IMG/VR virus record: IMGVR_UViG_3300021255_000309
Direction: 5' to 3' (one strand)
Length of the DNA: 37,750 nucleotides
Source of the DNA: a virus
The notes under the pieces were generated by a model, which saw nothing but the letters and a program-made list of their open reading frames with translations, searched no databases and had not been told where the DNA came from. Below, piece by piece: positions 25,542 through 34,461 of this stretch (position 1 is its first letter; each line of letters starts with the position of its first letter). The translations under genes and the position numbers were made by a program.

Positions 25542-25562
25542 TTATCCACAGAGTTATCCACA
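25542..25562 (+). promoter_or_regulatory. Two tandem perfect DnaA-box consensus sequences
   Basis: TTATCCACA at 25542-25550 and at 25554-25562. A degenerate TTATCCTAA lies at 25513-25521. Confidence 0.55.
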
Positions 25563-25578
25563 GGAGGAACACACAGAA

Positions 25579-25878
25579 ATGCAGATCAGCATCAGAAACA
25601 CGATCGACCACTTCCGGGGCTGCCCGGACAGACTAAACGAAGACGAGCAGGATCTCATTGTCCTGGCGCTGGAGACAGTCGAGGATCTTCTCCGATATGG
25701 CAAGACGGCCACCTGGGAGAAGACAGAACTCAGGCCCGGTTACTTCACACCGGGAGGCAACAGCCCCTACCACTGCTCCGCGTGCGGTTATGACGTCGGC
25801 GCCAATGAGATCTTCCCATCAAAGAAGATCTGCCCCGGATGCAACGCGCTGATGAAGAACGGAAGGAGGAAGGGATGA
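25579..25878 (+). CDS. Zinc-ribbon protein (hypothetical)
   Basis: 99 aa, with CSACG...CPGC forming two CxxC pairs. AGGAGG RBS. Confidence 0.5.
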   Translation: MQISIRNTIDHFRGCPDRLNEDEQDLIVLALETVEDLLRYGKTATWEKTELRPGYFTPGGNSPYHCSACGYDVGANEIFPSKKICPGCNALMKNGRRKG

Positions 25879-25953
25879 AGAAGTACACAGGGCCGGATCT
25901 GACAATGCTCGCTCTGGCAGCATACAAGGCAATCCGAAGGGAGGAAGAAAGCC

Positions 25954-26664
25954 ATGCAAAAGTACACCATGAGGGACAACGTGATCAGCGCACTGATGGG
26001 CGCCGTGGCGGCCATAGCGTTGGCCATACTGCTGCATCCACTGTATGAACACGAGCAGGAGGAGCGGCGAAGGCTCGAGGCCGAGTGGGTGAGGGAGCAG
26101 ATCGAAGCAGACAGGGCCTACCAGGCAGAGGTCGAAGCAGAGCGTCAGCGCTGGGAAGAGATCGAAGCCGAAGAGGAAAAGATCCAGCAGGCTGAGATCG
26201 CATACGCGACAGAGATGGAAAAGATCAACTTCTATTACAACCCAGAGATCCCTGACGAAGTCGAAGACGCGGCCAGGATCTACGGCGAAGAGTACGGACT
26301 CGGCCAGGAGTTCCTGGAAGCGGTAGCAAAGCGCGAGAGCGGCTTCAACCCAGAGGCAGAGAACGGTGGCTGCAAGGGACTGATGCAGATCTCGACCTAC
26401 TGGCACCGGGACCGGATGGCCCGCCTGGAAGTGACAGACATCTGGGACGTGGATGGCAACATGCACGTCGGGGCTGATTACCTGGCGGAACTTTTTGCAA
26501 AGCATCCGGATCCTGTCTGGGTGCTCATGGCCTACAACGGCGACAGCAATGCGGACGCCTACCTCAGAGGAGAGGCACAGCCCTCCGGCTATGCGCTCGA
26601 CATCCTCAGATATGAGGAGGAGTTCATTGCGGCAAGAGAAGGAGGTGAGGCCATTGAGCACTAA
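25954..26664 (+). CDS. Membrane-anchored lytic transglycosylase (SLT domain)
   Basis: N-terminal TM segment ALMGAVAAIALAILL, a Glu/Arg-rich helix, then AKRESGFNPEAENGGCKGLMQIS, which is the SLT catalytic Glu-Ser and GLMQ motif. Confidence 0.7.
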   Translation: MQKYTMRDNVISALMGAVAAIALAILLHPLYEHEQEERRRLEAEWVREQIEADRAYQAEVEAERQRWEEIEAEEEKIQQAEIAYATEMEKINFYYNPEIPDEVEDAARIYGEEYGLGQEFLEAVAKRESGFNPEAENGGCKGLMQISTYWHRDRMARLEVTDIWDVDGNMHVGADYLAELFAKHPDPVWVLMAYNGDSNADAYLRGEAQPSGYALDILRYEEEFIAAREGGEAIEH

Positions 26665-26740
26665 AAAATGAGCCCAGGCAGGAGCCCGGACTCACAAAAG
26701 AACACACAACTAATTATATCAAACCAAGGAGGACAAAACA

Positions 26741-27130
26741 ATGCAAATTACGGTTACTTTTGACAGCCTTGACGAGTTCAAGGAGTACATGGGGATCGAG
26801 AGCCCTTCCCAGATCGCCCAGGAAGCTCCGAAAGAGTCCAAGGTGAAGAAGAACCCGCCCAAGGCAGAAAAGCCTCAGGAAGAGACAGCAGAGAAGTCTG
26901 AGGGGCCTGCGAAGAAGGAAGAGGAAGCTCCCGCTGAGGCTCCGGCCGAAGTGAACGAAGACTTCCGCGTAGAGGTCCGCAAGACTCTGGCCAAGCTCAA
27001 CAAGAAGGTCGGCAAGAACATGGCCAGCGAATTGATCAAGGAGTACGGAGTCGAAAAGCTCACAGAGGTCAGCCTCGAAGATCTTCCGGCCCTCATGGAT
27101 AAAGCAAAGGAGGCACTCAATGCCGAGTAA
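26741..27130 (+). CDS. Hypothetical protein with a Pro/Lys/Glu-rich low-complexity centre
   Basis: 129 aa, AAGGAGGA RBS. First gene of the recombination/replication block. Confidence 0.45.
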   Translation: MQITVTFDSLDEFKEYMGIESPSQIAQEAPKESKVKKNPPKAEKPQEETAEKSEGPAKKEEEAPAEAPAEVNEDFRVEVRKTLAKLNKKVGKNMASELIKEYGVEKLTEVSLEDLPALMDKAKEALNAE

Positions 27131-28313
27131 ACATGCGAGACTGTCAGCCTCGAGCTGCTTCCGCTGGTATAACTGCCCCGGATCCGTGAAGCTGTCCGAA
27201 CAGTGCGCGGATCCCGGCTCAAGTACCTACGCGGACGAGGGCACACTGGCCCACTCGGTCGCTGAGTTGAAGCTCCGGATGATGACCGGAGAGATCAGCC
27301 CGAAGCAGTACGAGAAAGAACTGGCAAAACTTCAAAAAAGTGAATACTGGTGCGGCGAGATGGACGAGGCGACGACCTTCTACGCTGACACCGTCATCGA
27401 ACACCTGGCAGCTGCCGGCGAGGATGCGGAGCTCATGATCGAGCAGCAGTTCAGCCTGGCCAAGTGGGTGCCGGAAGGCTTCGGAACATCCGACGCGGTC
27501 GTGATCGGCAGCAACAAGATCGAGGTCATCGACCTAAAGTATGGCAAAGGCATCAAGATCGATGCAGAGAACAACCTCCAGCTCAGGCTCTACGCCCTGG
27601 GGACTGCAGACCTCTTCGGTGATCTGTATGAGTTCGACACAGTGGAGACGACCATCATCCAGCCAAGGCTTGACCATGTGAGCACCGACAGCATGTACCT
27701 CGACGACCTGATGCAGTGGGCTGAGTTCGAGCTCAAACCGGTGGCACAGGAAGCCATGGACGGATCAGACAGAACAGCCTGCGGAGAGTGGTGCCGCTTC
27801 TGTCCGGCCAAAGCAGTCTGCAGGAAGCGTGCGGAGTACAACCTGGAGCTGGCCAAGGATGACTTCAAAGCTCCGCCTCTTCTGACCAACGAAGAGATCG
27901 GCGAAGTGTTAAGACGTGCCGAGGAGCTGGCCAAGTGGGTGAGCGACGTGAGCGCCTACGCACTGGATCAGGCTCTCGCCGGCGAACATTACGACGGCTG
28001 GAAGCTGGTCGAGGGAAGAGCGAACAGGAAGTACGCGGACGACCTCAAAGTGGCCGAGAAGCTCAAAGAGGCAGGCTTCAACGAGGCGATCCTTTACGAG
28101 CGCAAGCTCTACGGCATCACGGCGATGGAAAAGATCGTCGGCAAGAAAAAGCTCGCGGAGACTCTGGGCGATCTTCTGATCAAACCGACAGGCAAGCCTG
28201 TCCTGGTGCCCGAGAGCGACAAGCGCGAAGCAATAAACACAGCAGAGTCAGCAAAGGCTGACTTCGATAACAACACCAACAACGAGGACGCAGATGCGCT
28301 CCCGTTCAATTAA
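27120..28313 (+). CDS. DUF2800-family PD-(D/E)XK nuclease (Cas4-like, Cys cluster)
   Basis: SDAVVIG...IEVIDLKYGKG is a D...ExK-type motif. C-terminal cluster CGEWCRFCPAKAVC. N-terminal SASSCFRWYNCPGS. Confidence 0.7.
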   Translation: MPSKHARLSASSCFRWYNCPGSVKLSEQCADPGSSTYADEGTLAHSVAELKLRMMTGEISPKQYEKELAKLQKSEYWCGEMDEATTFYADTVIEHLAAAGEDAELMIEQQFSLAKWVPEGFGTSDAVVIGSNKIEVIDLKYGKGIKIDAENNLQLRLYALGTADLFGDLYEFDTVETTIIQPRLDHVSTDSMYLDDLMQWAEFELKPVAQEAMDGSDRTACGEWCRFCPAKAVCRKRAEYNLELAKDDFKAPPLLTNEEIGEVLRRAEELAKWVSDVSAYALDQALAGEHYDGWKLVEGRANRKYADDLKVAEKLKEAGFNEAILYERKLYGITAMEKIVGKKKLAETLGDLLIKPTGKPVLVPESDKREAINTAESAKADFDNNTNNEDADALPFN

Positions 28314-28332
28314 ACCCAAGGAGGACAAAATC

Positions 28333-28884
28333 ATGAGTACAAAGGTTATTACAGGCAAGGTTCGCTTCTCTTATGTGAACATCTTCAAGAGCAGAGCTTT
28401 CCAGGCAGGACAGGATGCGAAGTATAGCATCTGCCTTCTGATCCCTAAGGAAGACAAGGCGACCCTCAAAAAGATCAAGGCAGCGATCGACGAGGCCATC
28501 CAGGAGGGCATCGCTTCCAAGTGGGGCGGCAAGAAGCCCGCAAACTTGAAGCTCCCTCTCCGCGACGGAGACGACGAGAGAGCAGAAGAGGCTGAGGAGT
28601 ATGAGGGGATGTACTTCCTCAACGCCAACAGCACACAGAAGCCCGGGATCGTTGACAAGGACCTCAACGAGATCCTCGACCCCGACGAAGTGTACAGCGG
28701 ATGCTGGGGCCGCGCTTCCATCAACTTCTACGCCTTCAACACCAACGGCAACAAGGGCGTCGGCGTGGGACTCAACAACATCCAGAAGCTCAAAGACGGC
28801 GACCGTCTCGGGGGAGCTCGCGCATCAGCTGAGGACGACTTCGGCGGCGAAGACTTCCAGGATGACGAGGACGACGACTTCTAA
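28333..28884 (+). CDS. DUF2815-family ssDNA-binding protein
   Basis: ATG at 28333 after AAGGAGGA. VITGKVRFSYVNIFKS...YFLNANSTQKPGIVD, with an acidic tail DDFGGEDFQDDEDDDF typical of SSBs. Confidence 0.7.
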   Translation: MSTKVITGKVRFSYVNIFKSRAFQAGQDAKYSICLLIPKEDKATLKKIKAAIDEAIQEGIASKWGGKKPANLKLPLRDGDDERAEEAEEYEGMYFLNANSTQKPGIVDKDLNEILDPDEVYSGCWGRASINFYAFNTNGNKGVGVGLNNIQKLKDGDRLGGARASAEDDFGGEDFQDDEDDDF

Positions 28885-28893
28885 AAGGAGGGG

Positions 28894-30864
28894 ATGCAGA
28901 TGCACAGAGTCATGGGTGTGGATATTGAGACATACAGCTCCGTGGATCTGGCCAAGGCGGGCGTCTACGCTTACACAGAGGCGCCCGACTTTGACATCCT
29001 GCTGATCGGCTACTCGTTCGACGGTGAGAATGTGAACGTGATCGACACGTACAACATCGACACGGACATGATGACCGAGTTCATGGAAGCGCTCAATGAT
29101 CCGGAAACGATCAAGACAGCCTTCAACGCAAACTTCGAGCGCACCTGCCTGGCCAAGTGGACGGGCAGGCCAAAGCCTCCGGAGGAGTGGCGTGACACTA
29201 TGATCAAAGCGCTCACTCTGGGACTGCCGGGCAACCTGGCAGACGTCGGCATGGCTCTCGGCCTTCCGGAAGACAAGCTAAAGGATCCACAAGGCAAGGC
29301 GCTGATCCAGTTCTTCTCGAAGCCGTGCAAGCCTACCAAGGCGAACGGCCAGCGCACCAGGAACCTGCCGGAGCATGATCCGGACAAGTGGAAGCTCTTC
29401 ATCAAGTACAACGGGCAGGACGTAGTCACAGAGCAGGCGATCCTCAAAAAGCTCTCAATATATGAGACCACCAGGGAAGAGCAGGAGCTCTGGAACCTGG
29501 ACCAGAAAATGAACGACAACGGCGTGAAGCTCGACATCCCCATGGTCGAGAAGATCGTGGACTATGACAACAGGAGACGCCAGGAACTCCAGGAGGAAGC
29601 CCAGGAACTCACAGGGCTCAGCAATCCGAACAGCCTGGCACAACTTAAAACCTGGCTCGAGCGCCAGGGCATGCCGATGACAAGCGTCACCAAGGACACC
29701 ATCGCGGCAGCTCTGTCCCTCAAATACATCCCGGACAACGTCCGGAGAGTGCTGGAGATCAGGACAGCGCTCGGCAAGACCAGCGTGGCCAAGTACAGCA
29801 CGATGCTGACGGCCGTGTGCAGCGATCACCGACTACGTGGGATCCTGCAATTCTATGGAGCCAACAGGTCAGGCAGATGGGCGGGCAGACTCGTCCAGAC
29901 GCACAACCTCGCCAAGAACACCCTCCCAGATCTCGATCTGGCCAGGGAACTGGCAGCAGAGGGAGACTTCGACACCATGCAGACGCTCTTCGGAGAGACG
30001 GCCTTCGTCTTCTCGGAGCTGATCAGGACGGCCTTCATCCCGTCAGACGGGTGCCGCTTCGTAGTGAGCGACTTCGCTGCGATCGAGGCCAGGGTCATCA
30101 GTTGGATCAGCAACGAAGAGTGGCGCCTGGAAGCGTTCCGGGCAGGCAAGGATATCTACTGCGAGACAGCCAGCCAGATGTACCACGTGCCGGTTGTGAA
30201 GCATGGAGAGAACGGACACCTCAGAGCCAAGGGCAAGGTCGCAGAGCTGGCCTGCGGATATCAGGGCGGAGTCGGAGCCATGAAGCGAATGGATAAAGAA
30301 GGAGCGATCCCTGAGGAAGAGCTCCAGGCAGTAGTTGACCAGTGGAGAGCTGCCAACCCTAAGGTGGTGAAGCTCTGGAGGACTTGCGAGCTGGCAGCGA
30401 AGACAGCCATCCAGGAGCACCGGACAGTCCGGATCGCTCACGGCATCGCTTTCAGCTATATCAACGGCAACCTCTTCATCAAGCTGCCAAGCGGCCGGAA
30501 GCTCTGCTACTGGAACACAAGGCTCAAGACCGACACCTACACCGGCAAGGAGTCCATCATCTACATGGGCGTGAACCAGGAAACGAAGCAGTGGGGAGAG
30601 ACTGAAACCTACGGCGGGAAACTGGTCGAGAACATCGTCCAGGCTACTGCGAGGGACTGCCTGGCCGTGGCCATGACGAGAGTCAGCGCCAAAGGCTACA
30701 ACATAGTGATGCACGTACACGACGAGATGATCGTCGACGTGCCGAACGAAGACACCAAGGCCCCGGAGATCATCAACGGGATCATGGCTCAGCCGATCGA
30801 CTGGGCCGAGGGGCTGCCACTAAAGGGCGACACCTATGAGACGCCCTTCTACAAAAAAGACTAA
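28894..30864 (+). CDS. polA: Family A DNA polymerase with an N-terminal 3'-5' exonuclease
   Basis: Exo motif GVDIETYS. Pol motifs DFAAIEARV, KGKVAELACGYQGG and VHDEMIVD. Confidence 0.85.
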   Translation: MQMHRVMGVDIETYSSVDLAKAGVYAYTEAPDFDILLIGYSFDGENVNVIDTYNIDTDMMTEFMEALNDPETIKTAFNANFERTCLAKWTGRPKPPEEWRDTMIKALTLGLPGNLADVGMALGLPEDKLKDPQGKALIQFFSKPCKPTKANGQRTRNLPEHDPDKWKLFIKYNGQDVVTEQAILKKLSIYETTREEQELWNLDQKMNDNGVKLDIPMVEKIVDYDNRRRQELQEEAQELTGLSNPNSLAQLKTWLERQGMPMTSVTKDTIAAALSLKYIPDNVRRVLEIRTALGKTSVAKYSTMLTAVCSDHRLRGILQFYGANRSGRWAGRLVQTHNLAKNTLPDLDLARELAAEGDFDTMQTLFGETAFVFSELIRTAFIPSDGCRFVVSDFAAIEARVISWISNEEWRLEAFRAGKDIYCETASQMYHVPVVKHGENGHLRAKGKVAELACGYQGGVGAMKRMDKEGAIPEEELQAVVDQWRAANPKVVKLWRTCELAAKTAIQEHRTVRIAHGIAFSYINGNLFIKLPSGRKLCYWNTRLKTDTYTGKESIIYMGVNQETKQWGETETYGGKLVENIVQATARDCLAVAMTRVSAKGYNIVMHVHDEMIVDVPNEDTKAPEIINGIMAQPIDWAEGLPLKGDTYETPFYKKD

Positions 30865-30875
30865 GGAGGACACAC

Positions 30876-31442
30876 ATGAATACATACACCAGCAAGACGC
30901 CACTGTTTGCCAGGCGCATCACCGAAGAACTCGACGAAGAGATCGGCGTGGGAGATCAGATCCGCGTCGGTAAATATACAGCCACATGTCAGAAAACGAC
31001 AAAACAGGGGGCGCTTTTTCTCCTGGATCAGTACCTTGACGAGCCTCGTCCCATGAACGAAGACGGCGAGGGCAGACCCTACGAAGAGAGCGACCTGAGG
31101 AAGTTCCTCCAGAGTGAGGAAGCTCTCAAAGAGTTCCGTCAGTACCGTGAACGCATGGCCACACATGAGAATGGCGACCTCCTCAGGATCCCGACCCTCT
31201 CGGAGATCTTCGGAGACGAGGACGCGGAGTACTTCGAGGAACTTCCCGGAGAACAGTGGGGGCTCATGAAGGATAGGAAGAACCGCATCGCCTTCCGGTG
31301 TGACGAGTGGGAGTGGGGATGGCTCCAGAATAAAAGGAAGGGCTCCGCGACGTACTTCGCGCATGTCAACATCTTCGGCAGTGCGACCAACTTCAGCGCG
31401 TCGGCCTCTCTCGGCGTTCGCCCCGCTTTCCTTATCGTTTGA
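30876..31442 (+). CDS. DGR target 2: stand-alone variable lectin-like (DUF6273-like) protein with no signal peptide
   Basis: 188 aa, AAGGAGGA RBS. The C-terminus WGWLQNKRKGSATYFAHVNIFGSATNFSASASLGVRPAFLIV contains VR2. Confidence 0.8.
   Translation: MNTYTSKTPLFARRITEELDEEIGVGDQIRVGKYTATCQKTTKQGALFLLDQYLDEPRPMNEDGEGRPYEESDLRKFLQSEEALKEFRQYRERMATHENGDLLRIPTLSEIFGDEDAEYFEELPGEQWGLMKDRKNRIAFRCDEWEWGWLQNKRKGSATYFAHVNIFGSATNFSASASLGVRPAFLIV
31343..31430 (+). repeat. DGR variable repeat 2 (VR2)
   Basis: 88 nt align with the TR at 18369-18456. There are 13 mismatches, all at TR adenines. Confidence 0.9.
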
Positions 31443-31451
31443 TCATATATC

Positions 31452-31473
31452 CGCGGGGCCTCCGCGCCCCGCG
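31452..31473 (+). promoter_or_regulatory. GC-rich hairpin downstream of VR2 (same element as 17680-17701)
   Basis: The 29-nt block 31449-31477 (atccgcggggcctccgcgccccgcgcatc) is identical to 17677-17705. Confidence 0.65.
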
Positions 31474-31504
31474 CATCCACCTATAAATAAGCAAGGAGAA
31501 CAAG

Positions 31505-32002
31505 ATGGAAGACAAGAACATCATCAACATAAAACTGAAAAACGGCCACGCGACCATAGTGCTGGATCAGTTCTTCCCTACATCTGCAGCCAGGCTCAGG
31601 AAGCTCCTCGAGATGGTTGACGAGGACGTGGAACATCGCGACGAGCTCCGGGCGATCATCGTCCAGCATTGTGGTCGCCGCGCTTCCTACCTCATAGACG
31701 GAAGACGTGAGTGGGCCAACAAAGCAGTGGACGCTCACACCTCAGCCGTAGAGATGCAGCCACAGATCGACAAGCTCACGAGCCAGGCGTTATCGATGCA
31801 GGAATACATCAAGACCTACTGCAAAAGAAACGGCGGCCAGGGTTATCGTGACCAGCTCAAAGCGCTCAGGGCACAGCTCAAGGAAGCAAAAGAACAGCAG
31901 CGGCATCTGATGGCCGTGTACAGGAACTACCAGCAGAAGTTCGTCACAGCGGAGCGCCAGGCGAGCCAGCTGGAAAAGAACAAGGAGGCCGTGGCTATAT
32001 GA
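31505..32002 (+). CDS. Hypothetical protein
   Basis: 165 aa, AAGGAGAA RBS, ATGA overlap with the primase gene. No motif recognised. Confidence 0.45.
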   Translation: MEDKNIINIKLKNGHATIVLDQFFPTSAARLRKLLEMVDEDVEHRDELRAIIVQHCGRRASYLIDGRREWANKAVDAHTSAVEMQPQIDKLTSQALSMQEYIKTYCKRNGGQGYRDQLKALRAQLKEAKEQQRHLMAVYRNYQQKFVTAERQASQLEKNKEAVAI

Positions 32003-34461
32003 ACAACTCACAACAGGCGGGTGAAGTCCTTAATATATCAGACCATCACCTGCTCATCCAGAACAACGGCGAGCTCCTGATCTCCACCGGCAAGAGCCGC
32101 TTCGAGACAAAGTGGAAAAACAAGAAGATGCTCTGGTCAGCTCTTCTCGCCAAGCTCTCGAAGTCGGTCGAGACCCCGGAGACCCATGCCGAGTACATGA
32201 AAATGTCAAAGGAGCAGCAGGACAACATCAAGGACATCGGCGGCTTCGTCGGTGGCCATCTTAAAGAAGGACGACGCAAGACCGGGAACGTCCTGGCGCG
32301 TCAGATCCTCACGCTGGACTTAGACTTCCCTCCGGCGGACTTCTGGGATGCTCTCATGAACAACCTGGAGCTCGATGCTGCCATGGCAGTCTACTCCACG
32401 CACAAATACTCAGAAAAGACTCCGCGCTATCGTCTGATCATGCCGCTCGACAGAGACGTCACTCCGGACGAGTATGAGGCTATCGCCAGAAAAATCGCGG
32501 AGAAGATCGGCATCGATTACTTCGACGACTCAACCTACCAGCCGACCCGTCTCATGTACTGGCCAAGCAACAGCACCGACGTGGTTCCCTTTTTCAAGTA
32601 CTACGACGCGCCCTTCTTAAAGGCCGACGGGATCCTGGCTGAGTACCCTGACTGGACAGACACGAGCTTCTGGCCGGAGTCGTCCAGGATGACAGGCATC
32701 AGGAAGAAACAGGCGGACAAGCAAGGAGATCCTCTGGAGAAGAAGGGCATCGTGGGCGCTTTTTGCCGCACGTACACCATCCCGGAAGCGATCGCCAAGT
32801 TCCTGCCGGAGATCTACACCCCGACGGCCAAGCCCGACCGCTACACCTACGCACAGGGCTCGACTGCTGCCGGCCTTGTTGTATATGACGGCGAGACCTT
32901 CGCCTTCTCGAACCACTCAACGGATCCGGCCAGCGGGCAGCTCTGCAACGCCTTCGACCTGGTGAGGATCCACAAGTTCGGAGACCTGGATGATGGATCC
33001 GAAGACAAAAACGGAAAAGACCGGCCGAGCTTCAAGGCGATGGCCGACTACATAACAACCGAAGACGATCAGACGAAGCTCACGCTCGCCCAGGATCAGA
33101 AGGCCAAGGCCGTCCTGGACTTCGAGCAGCCGGCTCCGGAAGAGATCGACGAGGACTGGGAGACGAAGCTCTCCAGGAACGAAGACGGAGCTGTCCGGGC
33201 ACTGATCACCAACGCGGTGCTCATACTACAGAACCATCCGGCACTACAGGGGATCCGCTTCAACGAGCTCTCCGGGGCCATCGAGGTCAAGGGCAAGCTC
33301 CCCTGGAAGCGTCCGAACAAATACTGGCGAGATGCTGACGATGCTCAGCTCTACGGCTGGGTGGCTGATCAGTACGGCGTGCAGTTCCCGGAGAACAAGT
33401 TCACCAAAGCGCTCACCATCGTCGTGGACCAGCGCCGGTTCAACCCCTTGAAGGAATACCTGGCAGGGCTCCCGGAGTGGGACGGCGTGCCAAGGGTTGA
33501 CACCCTCCTGATCGATTACCTGGGAGCGGAAGACACCGCATACACCAGAGCAGTCACAAGGAAGACTTTGATCGGAGCCGTGCAGAGAGTATGGGAGCCC
33601 GGGTGCAAGTTCGACACCGTCCTGGTGCTGGATGGCAAGCCCGGCATCGGCAAGAGCACCCTGCTCCGCAAGCTCGGCGGGAAGTGGTTCAGTGACAGCC
33701 TCAGCCTGGCAGATACCAGGGACAAGACCGCGGCGGAGAAGCTGCAGGGCGTTTGGATCATGGAGATCGGAGAGATGCAGGGAACCCGCAAAGCTGACGT
33801 TGACATCATGAAGGGCTTCATCAGCAGACAGGTGGACGAGTACCGTGCGGCATACGGCCGCGTGGTCGAGAGGCATCCGAGGACTGCGATCATCTGCGGA
33901 ACCACCAACAGCACGACGGGCTTCCTCAGAGACACCACCGGCAACAGACGCTTCTGGCCGGTTCCGGTGAGCGGCGGCACCAAGTCCATCTGGGAGATGA
34001 CGGAAGCAACCAGGGCACAGATCTGGGCGGAGGCCATAGTCTATGCAACGGACGGCGAGGACAGCTTCCTCGATGCAGCCATGGAAAAGGAAGCCGAAAA
34101 GATGCAGCAGATGGCGCTGGAGTACAACGAGCGCGAAGGCGAGGTCGTGGAGTACTTAGAGACCCTGCTGCCGGAGGACTGGTACAGCTGGGATCCGGAC
34201 AAGCGTGTGGACTACTTCCAGCAGCGTGACACCCTGAGCCCTAAGGAAGCAGAGGGCACGATGAGACGCGACCGAGTGAGCCCGATGGAGATCTTCTGCG
34301 AGTGCTTCGGACGTCCAAGAAACGCTTGGAGAAGTTCGGACAGTTATGAGATCGCCAGCATCATGGCAAGGCTCCCGGAGTGGGAAAAAACAGGCAAAAG
34401 GGTCAAAATTGCGGGCTACGGACAGCAAAGACCATACACCAGGAAGTTGTCACCCTGTTAA
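31999..34461 (+). CDS. Primase/helicase (VirE-family P-loop NTPase with an N-terminal primase-like domain)
   Basis: 820 aa. Walker A LDGKPGIGKST, Walker B-like VWIMEIGEM. Size and context match the DUF2800-DUF2815-PolA module. Confidence 0.75.
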   Translation: MNNSQQAGEVLNISDHHLLIQNNGELLISTGKSRFETKWKNKKMLWSALLAKLSKSVETPETHAEYMKMSKEQQDNIKDIGGFVGGHLKEGRRKTGNVLARQILTLDLDFPPADFWDALMNNLELDAAMAVYSTHKYSEKTPRYRLIMPLDRDVTPDEYEAIARKIAEKIGIDYFDDSTYQPTRLMYWPSNSTDVVPFFKYYDAPFLKADGILAEYPDWTDTSFWPESSRMTGIRKKQADKQGDPLEKKGIVGAFCRTYTIPEAIAKFLPEIYTPTAKPDRYTYAQGSTAAGLVVYDGETFAFSNHSTDPASGQLCNAFDLVRIHKFGDLDDGSEDKNGKDRPSFKAMADYITTEDDQTKLTLAQDQKAKAVLDFEQPAPEEIDEDWETKLSRNEDGAVRALITNAVLILQNHPALQGIRFNELSGAIEVKGKLPWKRPNKYWRDADDAQLYGWVADQYGVQFPENKFTKALTIVVDQRRFNPLKEYLAGLPEWDGVPRVDTLLIDYLGAEDTAYTRAVTRKTLIGAVQRVWEPGCKFDTVLVLDGKPGIGKSTLLRKLGGKWFSDSLSLADTRDKTAAEKLQGVWIMEIGEMQGTRKADVDIMKGFISRQVDEYRAAYGRVVERHPRTAIICGTTNSTTGFLRDTTGNRRFWPVPVSGGTKSIWEMTEATRAQIWAEAIVYATDGEDSFLDAAMEKEAEKMQQMALEYNEREGEVVEYLETLLPEDWYSWDPDKRVDYFQQRDTLSPKEAEGTMRRDRVSPMEIFCECFGRPRNAWRSSDSYEIASIMARLPEWEKTGKRVKIAGYGQQRPYTRKLSPC

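Noticed and set aside
25839-26048. Small ORF MKKYTGPDLTMLALAAYKAIRREEE... that overlaps the start of the SLT gene.
   Set aside because: Its 3' half overlaps the well-supported SLT ORF, which has a strong RBS at 25954, in another frame and looks like shadow sequence. A short real peptide cannot be excluded, but it is unsupported.
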